DNA of 64,000 nt, taken from assembly GCF_006345805.1 (NCBI RefSeq), contig NC_042998.1:1550001-1614000 (forward strand), read 5' to 3'. Below the pieces are notes generated by a model. That model did not search any database and had not been told where the DNA came from. It saw nothing but the letters and a program-made list of their open reading frames with translations. How positions within the stretch are numbered: the first letter of the stretch is position 1; each line of letters starts with the position of its first letter. Both the position numbers and the translations under genes were made by a program. This DNA is from Octopus sinensis. Taxonomy: Eukaryota. Below are positions 1 through 14,158 of the stretch, piece after piece.

Positions 1-160
1 GACGGGCGTCTTTCAGTTTCCGTCTACCAAACCCACTCACAAGGCTTTGGTCGGCCCGAGGCTATAGTAGAAGACACTTGCCCAAGGTGCCACGCAGTGG
101 GACTGAACCCGGAACCATGTGGCTGGTAAGCAAGCTACTTACCACACAGCTACTCCTGCG
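1..160 (-). mobile_element. tRNA-derived SINE, family A (5' part, cut by window edge)
   Basis: Minus strand has A-box-like TAGCTGTGTGG and B-box-like GGTTCAGTCCC, then CORE-like CCTTGGGCAAGTG; matches copies at 16036, 39261 and 54730. Confidence 0.85.
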
Positions 161-194
161 TGGCACCTAGGCGCAGGATATAAATGTTTCGTGC

Positions 195-450
195 ATGTAT
201 TTGTGTGCATGTGTGGGTGTGTTTGTCTATGTGTGTGTTTGTGTCTTTGTATGTGTATACATGCATTTATATGAAAATATTTGTTTGAATACATGCATGT
301 ATATATACTTTACACACACACACACACATACACACACACACAGGCATGCACACACACACACTAACACACACACACATACACACAAACACACACAAACACA
401 CACACACATATATATATATATGTATGTATGTATGTGTGAGTGTGTGTGTT

Positions 451-481
<31 letters not shown>

Positions 482-867
482 ATTAGTGTGTGTGTGTGTG
501 TGTGTGTGAATGCATGTATGCTTGTTAAAGTGAATGTGAAAAAACTGTTCAGTTATAATCCAAGTCATTGAAGGTTAAACAGTTATTAACCAACATGAAT
601 GTCTTGAAATGGAAAACTAATAACTTTTATAACAACAACCAATTCTAGAGAACACTTTCAAATAGCTGCAATATATATATATATAGGTGTGCTGCGTGTG
701 TATGAGTGTGTGCATGAATGTATATGCATATATACATATGTATGCATCTATATATATACATACACACACACATACATATATATATATTATATATATATAT
801 ATGTATAGACTTCGGTAGATTTAGATATACATGTACATACATGTATGTATGTATATATGTGTATATA

Positions 868-945
<78 letters not shown>

Positions 946-1024
946 CTTCGGTAGATTTAGATATACATGTACATACATGTATGTATTCATATATGTGTAT
1001 ATATATATGTATATATATATACAT

Positions 1025-1078
<54 letters not shown>

Positions 1079-1082
1079 AATA

Positions 1083-1122
<40 letters not shown>
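195..1122. repeat. Compound (GT)n/(CA)n/(TA)n/(GA)n microsatellite field
   Basis: Directly visible; includes a duplicated unique island GACTTCGGTAGATTTAGATATACATG at ~808 and ~944. Confidence 0.95.
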
Positions 1123-1123
<1 letters not shown>

Positions 1124-1124
<1 letters not shown>

Positions 1125-1790
1125 TTCCAAGATACATTTCGCAGATGTTGCAAGATGCGTCATCAGTGATGATTTTGGATGTTTTAGGAGGTTTCGAATC
1201 TCGCAACTTCATACCCTTTCGCCCACTTCATCCAAACCGGGTTTATCAACTACCATATTGTATCGCAGTTGCAACAAACCACCGGCCTACCCCCCTTTAT
1301 CCAAAGCCACGAAGCGGCATTCTCTGCAGTTTCAAGAATAAAATCCACGGCACCTCTTCTTTGATGCATCATCAGCAACTCAAAGCCCATTCAATGCTTT
1401 GCAGAATAAACACAGCCCACCTCAGCCCTGATTTCTACACTGATCTACCAGCGCTTGGTATTTAGCAAGCCACTTCTTTTTATATTCTTCTCAGAGCATA
1501 GTTACTTCCCACGTGATCACCTGTTTGGTAGAATTTGAGATTACTGTGTCTGAGCCGAGCGTTGTTGGTTCGATATGATCTGGAAACTTCGCGAAACCCA
1601 CTCTAAGCTGGCAGTCTAGGGCTGGGAAGAGTAAGCACAATTGTTGATGTTTCGCAGAAGTGGACTTCTTTCCGTCTCTGAGAAAGGTGGTGGCTTCTTT
1701 CTTTGGGTGATATTTACTGGGTGGAATGATTGTTGATGTCAGACCATTTCGTCAGTAGTAGCGGTTATCGGTTAAAGCCCTGGAACGATA
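1124..1790 (-). mobile_element. Decayed 3' end of a restriction-like-endonuclease (RLE) non-LTR retrotransposon, HERO-like
   Basis: Minus-strand translation fragments FPDHIEPTT..DTVISNSTKQVITWEVT, LAKYQALVDQCRNQG and ETAENAASWLWIK resemble HERO C-termini; 3' UTR ends CATCACTGATGA...(TA)n. Confidence 0.55.
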
Positions 1791-1804
1791 AAAATGACAT
1801 AAAT

Positions 1805-1935
1805 AATTCTTTCTAATTTTGGCACAAGGCCAGCAATTTTGATGGGAGAGGACAAGTTGTTTACATCGACTCCAGTGCTAAAATGGTACTTATTTTATCG
1901 AGACCCGAGAGATGAAAGGAAACGTCCACTGCAGC
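1805..1935 (-). mobile_element. SINE family B fragment (type-ii tail)
   Basis: CCTTTCATC...GTCGATAAAATAAGTACCA...GGCCTTGTGCCAAAATT shared with other family B copies. Confidence 0.7.
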
Positions 1936-2132
1936 AGAGTTTAACCCATCGTGGGCCGGCGGGGTCCCTTGGGACACCAGAAAATTTTAAAAGTTACGCA
2001 ACTTTTACATATTTAATCTAAATGATTTTATATCTCATGTCTTTTATTGTCAATAGTTTATGTATGTACACACAAATTTTGGGCTTAAAATTTCCAGTCA
2101 TAATGATGTTATAGCATTAAATATGTAAAACG

Positions 2133-2280
2133 GGGAACTGGCAGAATGGTTATTTCGTCCAACTTCATGTTCTGAGTTCGAATTCAGCCGAGGTCGACGG
2201 TGCCTTTTTGGGTCGATAAAATAAGTACCAGTTGAACACATTTGCCCAAAATTACTGGCCTTTTGCCAAAATTTGAATTT
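2133..2280 (+). mobile_element. SINE family B, degenerate
   Basis: CTGGCAGAA head, GTTCTGAGTTCGAATTC B box, GGCCTTTTGCCAAAATTTGAA tail. Confidence 0.7.
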
Positions 2281-3479
2281 GCCAAAATTTGTATGTACAA
2301 TATGTTGTAGGCGTTCACTTGTTCTTCTATATTGTTACTTTCTACAATAAATATTCTAACTAATCTCACAAATGTTGTCCATGTATATGTATTCGAAACT
2401 ACCAAATTGCATGCATATTTTCCCTCTGTAAGCGTATGTACTTGTATCAGATGACATTTCTGTTGCTTCACCGTTTAGTCAGAGACGGAAGAGCAGTCAG
2501 TATGAACCTTTATTTTAACGGGTCCTCCACATCTGCGAGAGAAATCATCTTCAAGTATTGGGTTATATGGCCGCAATGCTCGTAACTGAATGAACTCCAC
2601 TAAAAGCACTCATGGTCCATGTCGTGGGAAAATCAGTCAAAACGCCCCAGAATAAAATCTGCCATTTTAAAACTAGGCTAGCGACGAATCGAATCTAAGT
2701 TCAGAATCTTCCTTTACTACAAGTTAAACAGTTGTTTAACAATTCGGTCTTACAGGTGGTGAAACAGCAGCAGCAGCAGCAATGTAAAAGGATTTCTCAT
2801 TCAATTCCGCTGTGCGGCATTTTAGGCAAATATTCTCTCTAAGTAATAAATACAAATAAAAGAATAAATGAATTAATTTATTTTTCTGTATTTCTAGATT
2901 TTCTGCCTGAACAGAGAATAACCTGGTCTCAGGGAGAATGGTTTATTAGAATTTACTCAAAAAATACTGCAACAAATATTTTACAATTCGTATTCAGAAA
3001 TTTCAAACATAAGGCAAGGTGATTGACCCTCGTTTTAAGTATAACCCTTAGTTGTGACGTTCATACTTTGCCCTAAATAGTGCAAATTGAATTATACACA
3101 CTCAAATTGTGCGTAAACACAAACGTCATTTGACAAGGGCATTCCTCTGTTTTATGAAAGAGGCAAGCCTCCTATATAAAGGCTGAAAAGGGAAGTTGAT
3201 GAAACTTAAATAGAATTGAAGCATTAAAAAGATTACGTTGAGTTAAAGATTAATTAACTTAAAGATTAAACTGAATTAATTAAATAAAAATTGTAATTAA
3301 TTAGATTTATACTAAATTAAAATGGAATAAATCAATTATGTAACTACGGGTGGATTTACCACCAGCCTCCGCAAGAGGACGCCCACAGAAAGTGGTCCGA
3401 TCGCTGCAGTCAACGACAGAAAACAACGATATCTCCAAGTACACACTGCCATGCATAAGTATTAAAGAGTTATGTGAAT

Positions 3480-4905
3480 CAGGACAGAAAGTCGATGGCA
3501 GATGTTTTGGTTAAATCTAAAATGAGTAAAGCTTTTAACACTTTACACCGAGATTGCTCCTTGTGACTGTATATACCGAAGTCAACAAAGGATCGCTCTG
3601 GCTCCCAGTTTTCGCTTTGGTTGCCTAATTAAGAAATATAAAGTATACAAATGCCTCTCACTGTTTGGTACTCCAGTATTAGCGAATCATTACTCGAATG
3701 GTAATATTAGTGGATCATTGGTCTATGGGACCTAATAATCAATAAGTAATCCTTGTTGCTGATGGTTTGGACCAAGTTGTTCCATTATTAATCAAAATTG
3801 GTTTGGAAGACAACACGTGAAAATTTGATTTTTATATGAAATACAACGAACAAAGAAGTAATCAAACGACATATTTCATAATCTCCTATCCGATATCCAC
3901 GCAACATTGGACGTGGGTTTGATATCGCGTCTTCTATGCTGGTCAGTGGCTTAGGTCATCATCTATTTGTCTTTCTAAAATAGGCAGAAATGGCGCGAAT
4001 GACTGAGCGACTGTAACACCAGAATGCATATCATGATGCAGAACTGCTTTGCGGTAACTCCCCTGGTGTACCCCCCTTGGCATCTGCGGTGTACTGCAAT
4101 GTCGACAAACTGACTGATAAGCAGGACCTTAACAGGTATATGCAATGCTAGTTTCAACGACATCGGTCAGGTGAATCTACCGATAAGGTGGCCTGGAATT
4201 CAGGAGATTGTCTAACTATTTATTGACAACATATATCATGCAACTGTACGCTGCAGCAGCATGGACTGAGACAAGAGGATCATTTCCAGTGGCACAGGAT
4301 CCGCCCTATTCTTTGATAGCATCCAGTCTGTTTTAGAGATATATGGACGACGCGGTTTGGAATCGAATACTAAATTTGGTATTTTTGACATCGGTTTAAA
4401 AAAAGGCAAAACAATTGGTATGCGACAGTTGTTGAGAGACATGCAGAATGTGTGCATACCGACACATAGAATCAAATTCTTGCACATTTGGGAGCTACAT
4501 CTGAGTCACAGAGCATGCTTGGGGGAACTCTCTTCCGGTGTTCCAAATTGGTATCAAGCTGAATGACGGGTGGGATCAGATGTGTATTGAATGTTAAGGT
4601 ATAATTGTGTGCAAAAGATGACTCCAGAAGGACACCATGCGTCATCGCGCCATGTCAGTAACGAGAGATACTTCCGGTATGCCGATGCAGGCAATATTAG
4701 CCGCACACGATCCATTGGCTGCGTGAATCTATCGGCGATTTTGAAACTCTCCAGGCAGGGAACGTGGCGATCGCAAACGCCTGAACTCACTGATCTGTTT
4801 TTCGTAGGCCTCGGTTTACTCGCTGCTCTGTAAGACTCTTGTAGCCGATACTTACAAAGACAGCTCGATCTCTGAGCCTATGATCCACCTCGACAAAGAC
4901 TGAGG
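3480..4905 (+). mobile_element. Highly decayed LINE remnants (RT/RTE-like)
   Basis: SKAFNTLHR-like motif near 3525 and RHVSNE motif near 4650; no intact ORF. Confidence 0.3.
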
Positions 4906-4960
4906 AATGCACACACACACACACACACACATAAACACACACACTACATGCATGTATGTA

Positions 4961-5026
<66 letters not shown>

Positions 5027-5104
5027 CGCGTGTGTATGTATATAGCTATAAATATATACATACATACATATATATATATATATGTATATATAATATATAT
5101 ATAT

Positions 5105-5170
<66 letters not shown>

Positions 5171-5175
5171 TATAT

Positions 5176-5206
<31 letters not shown>

Positions 5207-5354
5207 ATATATGATATATGCATGTATGTAATGTACGTATGCATTCATGTATGTATATATGCATGTATGCATGCATGCATATATGTATGTATTAAGTATG
5301 TACGTACGTATGTATGTATGTATGTATGTAGGTAGGTAGGATGGTAGGTAGGTA

Positions 5355-5567
5355 CGGCGGGGTATTGAAAAGTTCTTGGCTTTGAGTAAAAGAAAATTCA
5401 GGAGGATCAGTTAATTATGATTTTATTCAACTTATTCCCCTCTCAGATGCACACACTTATTGCAGCGGTCCTTCAGCTTTTCTAAACCCTGTAAAAGAAC
5501 TCGGAAATACTTCCAACCAGGCCTTTTGCGATACCCTTAAAACTAGGAACTCTTCAGCACCCCTTCG
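5355..5567. mobile_element. Mariner-type MITE
   Basis: Imperfect TIRs CGGCGGGGTATTGAAAAGTTCTTGG / CTAGGAACTCTTCAGCACCCCTTCG flanked by TA. Confidence 0.75.
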
Positions 5568-5779
5568 TATGTATCTATGCATGTATGAACTGGTAGCAAT
5601 GGGAGCAACTGGTGTCGCCAGTAAATCGACCGAGGTTTTTTATCAATTGATCAACGCGATTCGGGTAAAGTAGAAACAAGGCTGAGCTGCCTCTGTTCCA
5701 TGACTTCGATCGTTTTCGTGATGACGATTTGTATCAGTGAACTGACAGATAGAATGGAAGAAGACTTTGCCGTTTATCT

Positions 5780-6185
5780 TTTACCTGTTTCAGTCATTGG
5801 ACTATGGCCATGCTACAGCACCGCCTTGAGAGGTTTAGTCGAACAAATTGCCCTCAGTACTTGTTTTAAGCCTGGTAGTTATTCTATCGATCTCCTTTGC
5901 CAAACTGCTAATTTACGGGAACGTAAACAAACCAACATCCGTTACCAAGTAGTGGGAGGAGGGGGAGAAACACATACACACACAAATACATACATACATA
6001 TATACCAATCCACACACGCACACACGACGGGCTTCTTTCAGTTTCCGTCTGCGAAATTCAATCTCAAGGCTTTTGCCGGCCCGAGACAATAGAGGAAGAC
6101 ACTTGTCCAATGTGTCACACCATGGGACTGAATCAGAAACGATGTGGTTGGGAAGTAAGCTTCTAACCACACAGTCACGCCGATA
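5780..6185 (-). mobile_element. SINE family A, older full-length copy
   Basis: Head, central (CA)n and 3' GCGGTGCT..AGCATGGCC...AATGACTGAAACA tail. Confidence 0.8.
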
Positions 6186-7142
6186 CAAAATATTCTTTAA
6201 AAACTTAAAATCTAAAATATTTAGTTTATTTTTGTAAATAAGATATTAATTGGTTTTCAATCTAGTTTTTTTGGCTTTTGTTTCAAGTTTAAGATTTTAA
6301 CAAGCAAAAATTAACAACGATAACAAAAGTATTTTGGGTGGGTGTTAGATTCTAAGTAATAAGAAAATAAAACTATGCCCTGGCCTATTTCCAATAAGAA
6401 AAACAAAATAACACCCCTCTCTTTAAAAAAAATATTCAGAGATAAGCGATAGAAAAAACTGATATCTGAACAAGGTTCAAAAGTGAACGAACTATTTAGT
6501 ATAAACTTAAAAGTAGGTTAATAAAATTGCTTCCTGAGTATTTTTTTCCTGTCTCGATTTCTTTTAATTCTATAGTTTATCTGTTTATCTATTCATTTAT
6601 TTCATCTTTTTTTTTCACTCATTCTATGATTTTATCTATGTGTATGTATTTCAACATATATCTAGTCACCATGTTTCTTAATTTCTCAATCGCCATTTTC
6701 TCCACGTTTTCTCTCACCTTTATATATTTTGCTCTTCTCTCTTTCCATAGCTTCAGTTCTTTCTTTTTTTTATCAGTCTTCCCTTTTGTATATCCACTTT
6801 TTAACTTCCTCTTCCAAAGGAGATTACTTCCACATTTACCGTAAGTTGATCCTCTTCGTTTACAAATACAAAATCAATTTTTTGTCGTGGAGTAGTGAAG
6901 GTGAATGAAGCCGCCCAAGTGAATATATTAATCATAGATCTTTCATAATCGATGCAGTTTGAACACAGAACGTACAGTGACAAAACTAAATAATAATTTC
7001 TAGCATAGGAATCGACTGTATCCTCGTAAAGGAGGACAGTGTTGATTGAGTCGAGAAATAAATTGAACTTCTACCTATTTTCTTCATACAGGAAGTATGG
7101 AAAGTAAAGTCTACTAACACAGGATATGAGCTTCTGAAAATA

Positions 7143-7358
7143 ATGGTTTAAAATCGTGGCACAATGCCTGCAATTTTATGTGGGTTGGGTTATGTCGATA
7201 TCATCGGTCCAGTGCTCAACTGGTACTTATTTGATCGATCCAGAAAGGATGAAAGGTAAAATCGACCACAGCAACATTTGAACTCAGAACGTAAAGCTAG
7301 AAGAAATGCCGGTAAACGTTTTGTCTCAGCGCGGTAACGACTCTGCCAGCTCAGCGGC
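7143..7358 (-). mobile_element. SINE family B (type-ii tail)
   Basis: GAGCTGGCAGA head, GAGTTCAAAT box, matches other family B copies. Confidence 0.75.
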
Positions 7359-7384
7359 TTAACTTCTACAAATAGTGGTTGAAA

Positions 7385-7812
7385 GTGGCTGTGATTGAAA
7401 AACCTGCTTCGCAACCATGTGGTCTCGGGTTCGGTCTAACTGTGCAGAACCTTTTACTACAACCCCGGCCGACCAAAGCCTTGTGAATGAATTTGGTACA
7501 TGAAAACTGAAAGAATCCCACCATATGTACATATACACACCCGTACGTACTCACATCTTACACACACACACACGCACACGCACACGCACATATCTGTATG
7601 TATGTATGTATGTATGCATCTGTTCTTGTTTGTCCCCTCTGTGTTTAGCCCCTTGTGGGTAGTAAAGAAATATGTATATACGTATGTATGCATGTATGTG
7701 CGAAGGTCTGTCTTTATGTTTGTCCCTCATCGCCGTTTGACAACGAATGTTCGATGACGTCCTCATAACACAACAGTTCGGCATAAGAGACCGATAGATC
7801 AAGTACCAGACT
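7385..7812 (+). mobile_element. SINE family A, degenerate, with a family B Tx1-like tail fragment (7621-7672) inserted in its (TATG)n middle
   Basis: Family A head and tail flank TGTTCTTGTTTGTCCCCTCTGTGTTTAGCCCCTTGTGGGTAGTAAAGAAA. Confidence 0.7.
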
Positions 7813-8593
7813 TGGAAAAAAAATGGGGTCTCTTTTTCACACACTCACACACACTTACACACACACACACTCACACACATACTCTCACAATCCCTAAATC
7901 TCTGACTCATCTTTTTACTTTTTTACTTGCTTCTCCTGAGTTCACTCCCACTCCCCACCACCCACTCATTCTTTCAGGACCTTTTCTTTTTTCCCGTTCC
8001 TTCTTAACTCATTCCTTCTTCTATTTCATCATGTCGTTCATTTTCATTCTTTCCTCTTCGTTCTTTTTGCTTCGGTTCTCACTCCCTTTCCTCCCCTCAC
8101 CCATCTCTTTGTAATACAATAACTATAAACCACTTTCGTCTCTTGATAGCTCAGTAAAGAAAGCGCCCTCTACACCAAAAGATAATAAACACGCAACTGA
8201 AACATACGAATGATGCTGTCAGAAATAGATGGTTAGTCAAACATTAAAGCACTATCGAGTAAGTGGTGCTGTATTAAATGACATATGCAATTAATTTCTT
8301 AATCTTGAATAATTGAAATTTATCTCAAAGTTTGAGGAAGAAAGTAAACACCTAATGGTAATTGTTTCAAAGTAAAAGGGGGGGATAATTTTAAGACATT
8401 AAGGATTCAATTTCACAAAATTTAATTCACTTGATTAGTGGGGAATCTGGTTTTACTTAGTGGACAAGGTGACAGCTTTAGACCTTATCATAGACATTTC
8501 CTAACTCGAACTATTTTGATCAACCGAGGTTTTATATATAGAAAAAGTGTCACGGAGGATTTATATTAATAGTAATTTACATAATTGTTTTTT

Positions 8594-8730
8594 ACACAAG
8601 GCCGGAGATTTCAGGGGAAGGGGTTAAGTCGATTACATTAACCTCAGTACTGAACTGGTACTTTATTTCATCGACCCCGAAAGAATGGAAGGCAAAGCTG
8701 ACGTCAACGGGATTTGAATTCAGAATGTAA
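8594..8730 (-). mobile_element. SINE family B fragment
   Basis: Shared core CTTTCGGGGTCGAT..AAAGTACCAGTT. Confidence 0.7.
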
Positions 8731-8900
8731 AGAGCCGGAGTGGCTGTGTGGTAAGTAGCTTGCTTACCAACCACATGGTTCCTGGTTCAGTCCCACTGCG
8801 TGGTATCTTGGGCAAGTGTCTTCTACTATAGCCTCGGGCCGACCAAAACCTTGTGAGTGAATTTGGTAAATGGAAACTGAAAAGAGGCCCATCGTATATA

Positions 8901-10495
8901 CTGTGGGGGTCAAAAGTGTTTGCAAATTGTATATATTGATAAATTTATGCTTCAATATTTTCCAATATAATAACTATGTTACTCATTGTTCGATATGCAA
9001 ATATATAAAGTAAATTCCTAGAGACAGAAACCAAATAATCATATTCTGGGGGGAAAATATGGATTTTTAAAAAATTTCAGGAAGGAATATGGGCCAAAAG
9101 AGTTTGCAAGACTCATTTATTCGAAATAAATAACATTTTTAAACATAATATAATTTGAAACATTGTGTCATTATGATAATAGTACCATATATTGATAACA
9201 TATTACAAGAAAACAACAGTTATTGCTCAAATAACAATTAACAAAACAATACAAATTTATAAAACAATTTAACCCTTTATACGCTTTCCTCCATTCTTAA
9301 TCAAATCCATCAGCCTCCTATCAACAGAGGATGTTAATTTATGCACTTGTTGAGGTGTGATTTCAGAAGATACCTCCTTGATCCTCTCCCAAATATCTTT
9401 TTTACTGTTGAATTGATGGCCGTTTTCGTAAACCTTCTTCTTCAGAATCGACCAGAGGTTCTCTATCGGATTCAAATCCGGGCTCTGAGGTGGTCAGTCC
9501 ATCAGACGTTCACCAGAGATCCCCTGGTCTGAAAGCCAAGCTTTTGTGAACCGAGAAGCATGGCTTGGGGCATTGTCTTGTTGAATAATGAGATTCTGGT
9601 TAACAGCATCATTTTGTGAATTCAACCAGGGCAATAAATTCTCTTCCAAAAACTCGCAGTAGTTCACAGAATTCATTTTGACACCTTCAGGGACAAGAAA
9701 AGGACCAACAATCTCACTTCCAATAATCCCAGCCCAAATCATCACTCCCCCTCCGCCCTGTTGACGTCTGAATCGTAAGCGTGGGCTATTGCCTTAAGAA
9801 GCCATCCCTTGGTCCAACCGTCGGGACCGTCGAGGGTTGCTCTAGCCTCGTCAATCCAGAGAACATTTTGAAAATTGGTTTTCAAATATTTAGTGGCCCA
9901 TGCTAGTCGCTTCTGACAGTTGATATCACTCAAAGGAGGACATTTTGTCGGTGTTCTCTGGTCAGCTATTTGTTTCAAAATCCGATTTCGGTCCTTTTAG
10001 AGATGTCAGACACTCCTGCATGGTCGAAAATAGCTTTGCTTGTGCTGTGTGGGTTTGCTAGCACACTCCTCTTGATTTTTCTCAAATCTCGTGGTGAAGT
10101 AACCTTTGCTCTGCCACTTTTGTGCTTTTTTCTTCCATCTTTGCCGTCAATGAAACGTTTCACAGTTCGATGATCTCGTTTCAAAATTTTTGAAATTTCT
10201 AATGTAGACTTCTTTGCAGCAAGTAATTTAACAATTTCACCCTTCTCGCTATCTGTCAACATCTTTCCTTTAGCCATTATTAATAAATTTATGTTACCTG
10301 CATAAACTTTTGGCTCACCTGAAAAGAGGAAAATGTTTAACAATTATTAAATTCTGGTTTTTTCGTAAAATGTAGTAATGAAAAAAAACAGAATGGCAAC
10401 CAGCAAATGATGGAAGAGGTGAAACTAAAAAATAAAGCAAAATTAATAAAGAAATTCAGAAAAAATAGGTCTGCAAACTCTTTTGTCCCCCACAG
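8901..10495 (-). mobile_element. Tc1-like DNA transposon (DD37E, TRT-like), full length, inactivated
   Basis: TA-flanked TIRs CTGTGGGGGTCAAAAGTGTTTGCA / TGCAAACTCTTTTGTCCCCCACAG; transposase inside. Confidence 0.92.
9269..10277 (-). pseudogene. Tc1-like transposase with frameshifts and a TGA at the conserved Trp of WPP
   Basis: HTH region MAKGKML...RDHRTVKRF, WIDEARATLDGPDGW, QQDNAPSH, (W>stop)PPQSPDLNPIENLW; 37 residues between second D and E. Confidence 0.92.
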
Positions 10496-10505
10496 TATGT
10501 ATATG

Positions 10506-10556
<51 letters not shown>

Positions 10557-11099
10557 TGTGTGTGTGTTGTGTGTGTGTGTGTGTTTGTGTGTTTGTATGT
10601 CTGTGTTTGTCTACCCAACATCACTTGACAACCGATGCTGGTGTGTTTACGTCCACGCAACTTAGCGGTTCGGCAGAAGAGACCGATAGAATAAGTACTA
10701 GGCTAACAAAGAATAAGTCCTGGGGTCGATTTACTCGACCAAAGGCGGTGCTCCAGCATGGCCGCAGTCAACTGACTGAAACAAGTAAAAGAGTAACAAT
10801 CGTTGATAACTCCGCCAGATCTCCGCCCTAGTAATCTGCATAAGATAATGAGCTAAGGGCTGCAAGCACTTGTGTTATTCTTCATTAACAGTAATTACTC
10901 GGTTGACAGATGCCAGTGTGTGTTATGTTTAACGTGGAAGGTACACCAGCTATCACTAGAATCCGGGTTCAATCGCTAGGCAAGCCGAAACGATTATTGA
11001 ATTTACTTTGAGGTTAAGTGTTGAAGTAGTTTCATTAGATCAACAGGAAGAAATGATCCCAGTTCTGCAAAGATAACGAAATCCTGGCCAACTTTCTGA

Positions 11100-12115
11100 A
11101 AGTAACTGATGCATACCCTATTTTCAGCTGGTGTGCGTGGAGCCATATAAGAATAAAGCTGGTATTTTGTTTAACACCAAGACATCCTTGTCTTCTCTAT
11201 CAATGCCACACTGGTCTGTATTCCTTGAATCTGGCGGATCTCGTACCTCCATCGCTCAAGTATTTCAGACCCAATCGTCTTTCCAACTTTCGTCAACCTT
11301 GATGCACCCAATCGCTTTCATCACCCTAAAGACTATACCCATTCCTTCGTCCTCAGAATATTGTCCCTCTGGAATCTTCTCTCACTCATCCAATTATTGA
11401 CCTGCAACAATTTAAACAAACACTAATCGTATCAATTTCACCAGCCTTCGAAGCCCACCAAGAGTCATGACTTTGTCTCTTCATCCAAACTCAGAAAATA
11501 AAAGTAATGCATTCTAGCCGTGACTATTTCGTCTTTTTATAAAGAATCTCAGAGCATAATATATATATTATGCACACCAGAGGTACTCTTCAGGGTTCCC
11601 GAACAAAATGGCTACGTCAAGGAACAAAATGGCTATGTCAACGTCAAGGATCAGAACAGCGTCATCAGCAAAACGAAGCTTGCATATTGTTATTTTAGCT
11701 CTAAGGTGTTTTGCTTTGAAGCCTCGGAGCACAATTGATATGATTCTTATTGCCAAAATGTTCCAAGAAAAGGCAAAGGAGTAGCAGAATCCAATCTTTT
11801 CATCTTGTGTGATTGGCTAAAACCTTTAACACGGCGAAAGAAAAAAAAAGACTTCTAGGAAATACTTGCGATACTCAGCTGCCCAGACAATTTCTAACGA
11901 ATGGTTCTGCTCCTTCATGGTGGCATGAAGGATGAAATTCATGTCATAGTGAACTTAATCCTTTACTACAACGCACCGTAAAGTGTGCGTTGCTACTGGT
12001 TCCCTGTTCATTGACTTCCATGTAACTGGAAGTTAATAGAGAGATCGATTTCGCACTACAGAACATGACGTTGCTGCAAGACTATCAGGAATCCAAAGTT
12101 TCTGCAACAAGAAGA
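11100..12115 (-). mobile_element. Decayed RTE-like LINE (RT fragment)
   Basis: KLRFADDAVLI motif near 11660 plus weak RTE-like context; internal ~21-bp duplication at 11601-11643. Confidence 0.5.
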
Positions 12116-12178
12116 TGCTTGTACATACACATAGATGTGTACAAACTATGTCCGTATCGATATATATATATTATATAT

Positions 12179-12210
<32 letters not shown>

Positions 12211-12242
12211 GATATATATATATATATATATATACACGACTT

Positions 12243-12727
<485 letters not shown>

Positions 12728-13159
12728 ATGCATATACATGCATACATATATATACACACATATAAATATGTACAATAGCCTATACATATGTACATACTTT
12801 CATAGATACATTCATACAGGCACAGAGACAGACAAAATACCAACAATTATGAAACATGCAATTAATTGGGTATCGGACCAAATGACCCCTAGTATAAATT
12901 TCAATTAATTAAAAATCCGCTTTAATTTAAATCTACCTCCCACGTATATAAATGCACATTATATGCATCAACATATTTATATTCATGCATGTGTATCTAG
13001 CTCAATCTAACGATATATATATATACTGTATATATATATATATATATATATATGCCTGTAAGCATGTACGCATGCATATATGTATGTAGGCGTGTGAATG
13101 TGAGTACTTGATATAAGAAACGTCCACAAACATACACACACACACAAATACATACATAC

Positions 13160-13458
13160 GCATGGCTTAATGGTAAGGGTGTTGCACTCAGCATCTAGCT
13201 ACCGTGATTTCAGTTCCTAGACCGTGTGGGGAGTTATGTTCTTGAGCACAAACGCTTCAGCTCACGTTGCTCTGCGATCACTTCGATACCAGACACATGG
13301 CACTATGCCATGCATCTGTTCAGGCAACGTTGATGTCATGAAGAGAGACCTAATGTGCGGCACGAACATCTGATCAGTATAAACAAATCATTTGTGTACA
13401 TCGTTCGGCAAAAGCTGAACGCTCGTACGTAGTCTTCGGCAGGAGAGTCCATCGGACA
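13160..13458 (+). mobile_element. tRNA-derived SINE family C
   Basis: TGGCTTAATGG A box; body matches 52977-53270. Confidence 0.75.
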
Positions 13459-13544
13459 CAAGCACGCACACACACACACACACACACTAATATATACATA
13501 TGTATGAATGTATACATACGCACATACATACATTTTATTTATTT

Positions 13545-13846
13545 ATGCGCCCTTTTCAAGCCTAGCCAGGTTCATGGGCCCGGTTTCCCGGTTTCTGTGG
13601 CGTATGACTTCCCCCCAGCTGGACGGGACGCCAGTCCTTCGAAGCGTTACTCAAGAAACAGGAAAGAGAGTGAGAGAAAGTTGGGGCGAAAGGGTACAAC
13701 AGGGGTCGCCACCACCCCCTGCCGGAGCCTCGTGGAGCTTTTAATTGTTTTCGCTCAATAAACACACACAACGTCCGGTCTGGGAATCGAAATCGCGACC
13801 CTCCGACCGCGAGTCCGCTGCCCTAACCACTGAGCCATTACGCCTT
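13545..13846 (-). mobile_element. tRNA-derived SINE family D
   Basis: TGGCTCAGTGG A box, TTTCGATTCCC B box; matches 38964-39230. Confidence 0.85.
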
Positions 13847-14122
13847 CGTTTATATATATATTTCCTAGACTTCAACGGTGATATTAAGTATGTTTTGGCT
13901 TGTTCAGATTAGCTAATCCATTTAATTCGTTCCACTTGGTTTATCCTCTGCCAAAGTTAACAAGGTTTGTTAACAGGAGACAGTAGCTTTACGATGCGAG
14001 ACGGACGTAATTGCAACTCGCCAACAACGTACATATCGAGTCACAACCATACAAACATACATACATTGAACCTCTCTTCCTTTCTGTCTCTCTCACTCTC
14101 AAATACACGCATTCCCATACAT

Positions 14123-14158
<36 letters not shown>

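Larger units (their letters stand above)
8735..10795 (+). mobile_element. SINE family A split by the Tc1-like insertion
   Basis: Head at 8735-8895; the (TG)n middle and 3' part resume at 10496-10795. Confidence 0.85.

Noticed and set aside
1125-1170. CTGATGA...GAAA on the minus strand as a hammerhead
   Set aside because: Stem I does not form and stem II is out of register; lies in the HERO-like 3' UTR
13770-13846. tRNA-like sequences at SINE heads (also 16036, 38964, 50300, 58211)
   Set aside because: No complete cloverleaf; each continues into a repeated SINE body
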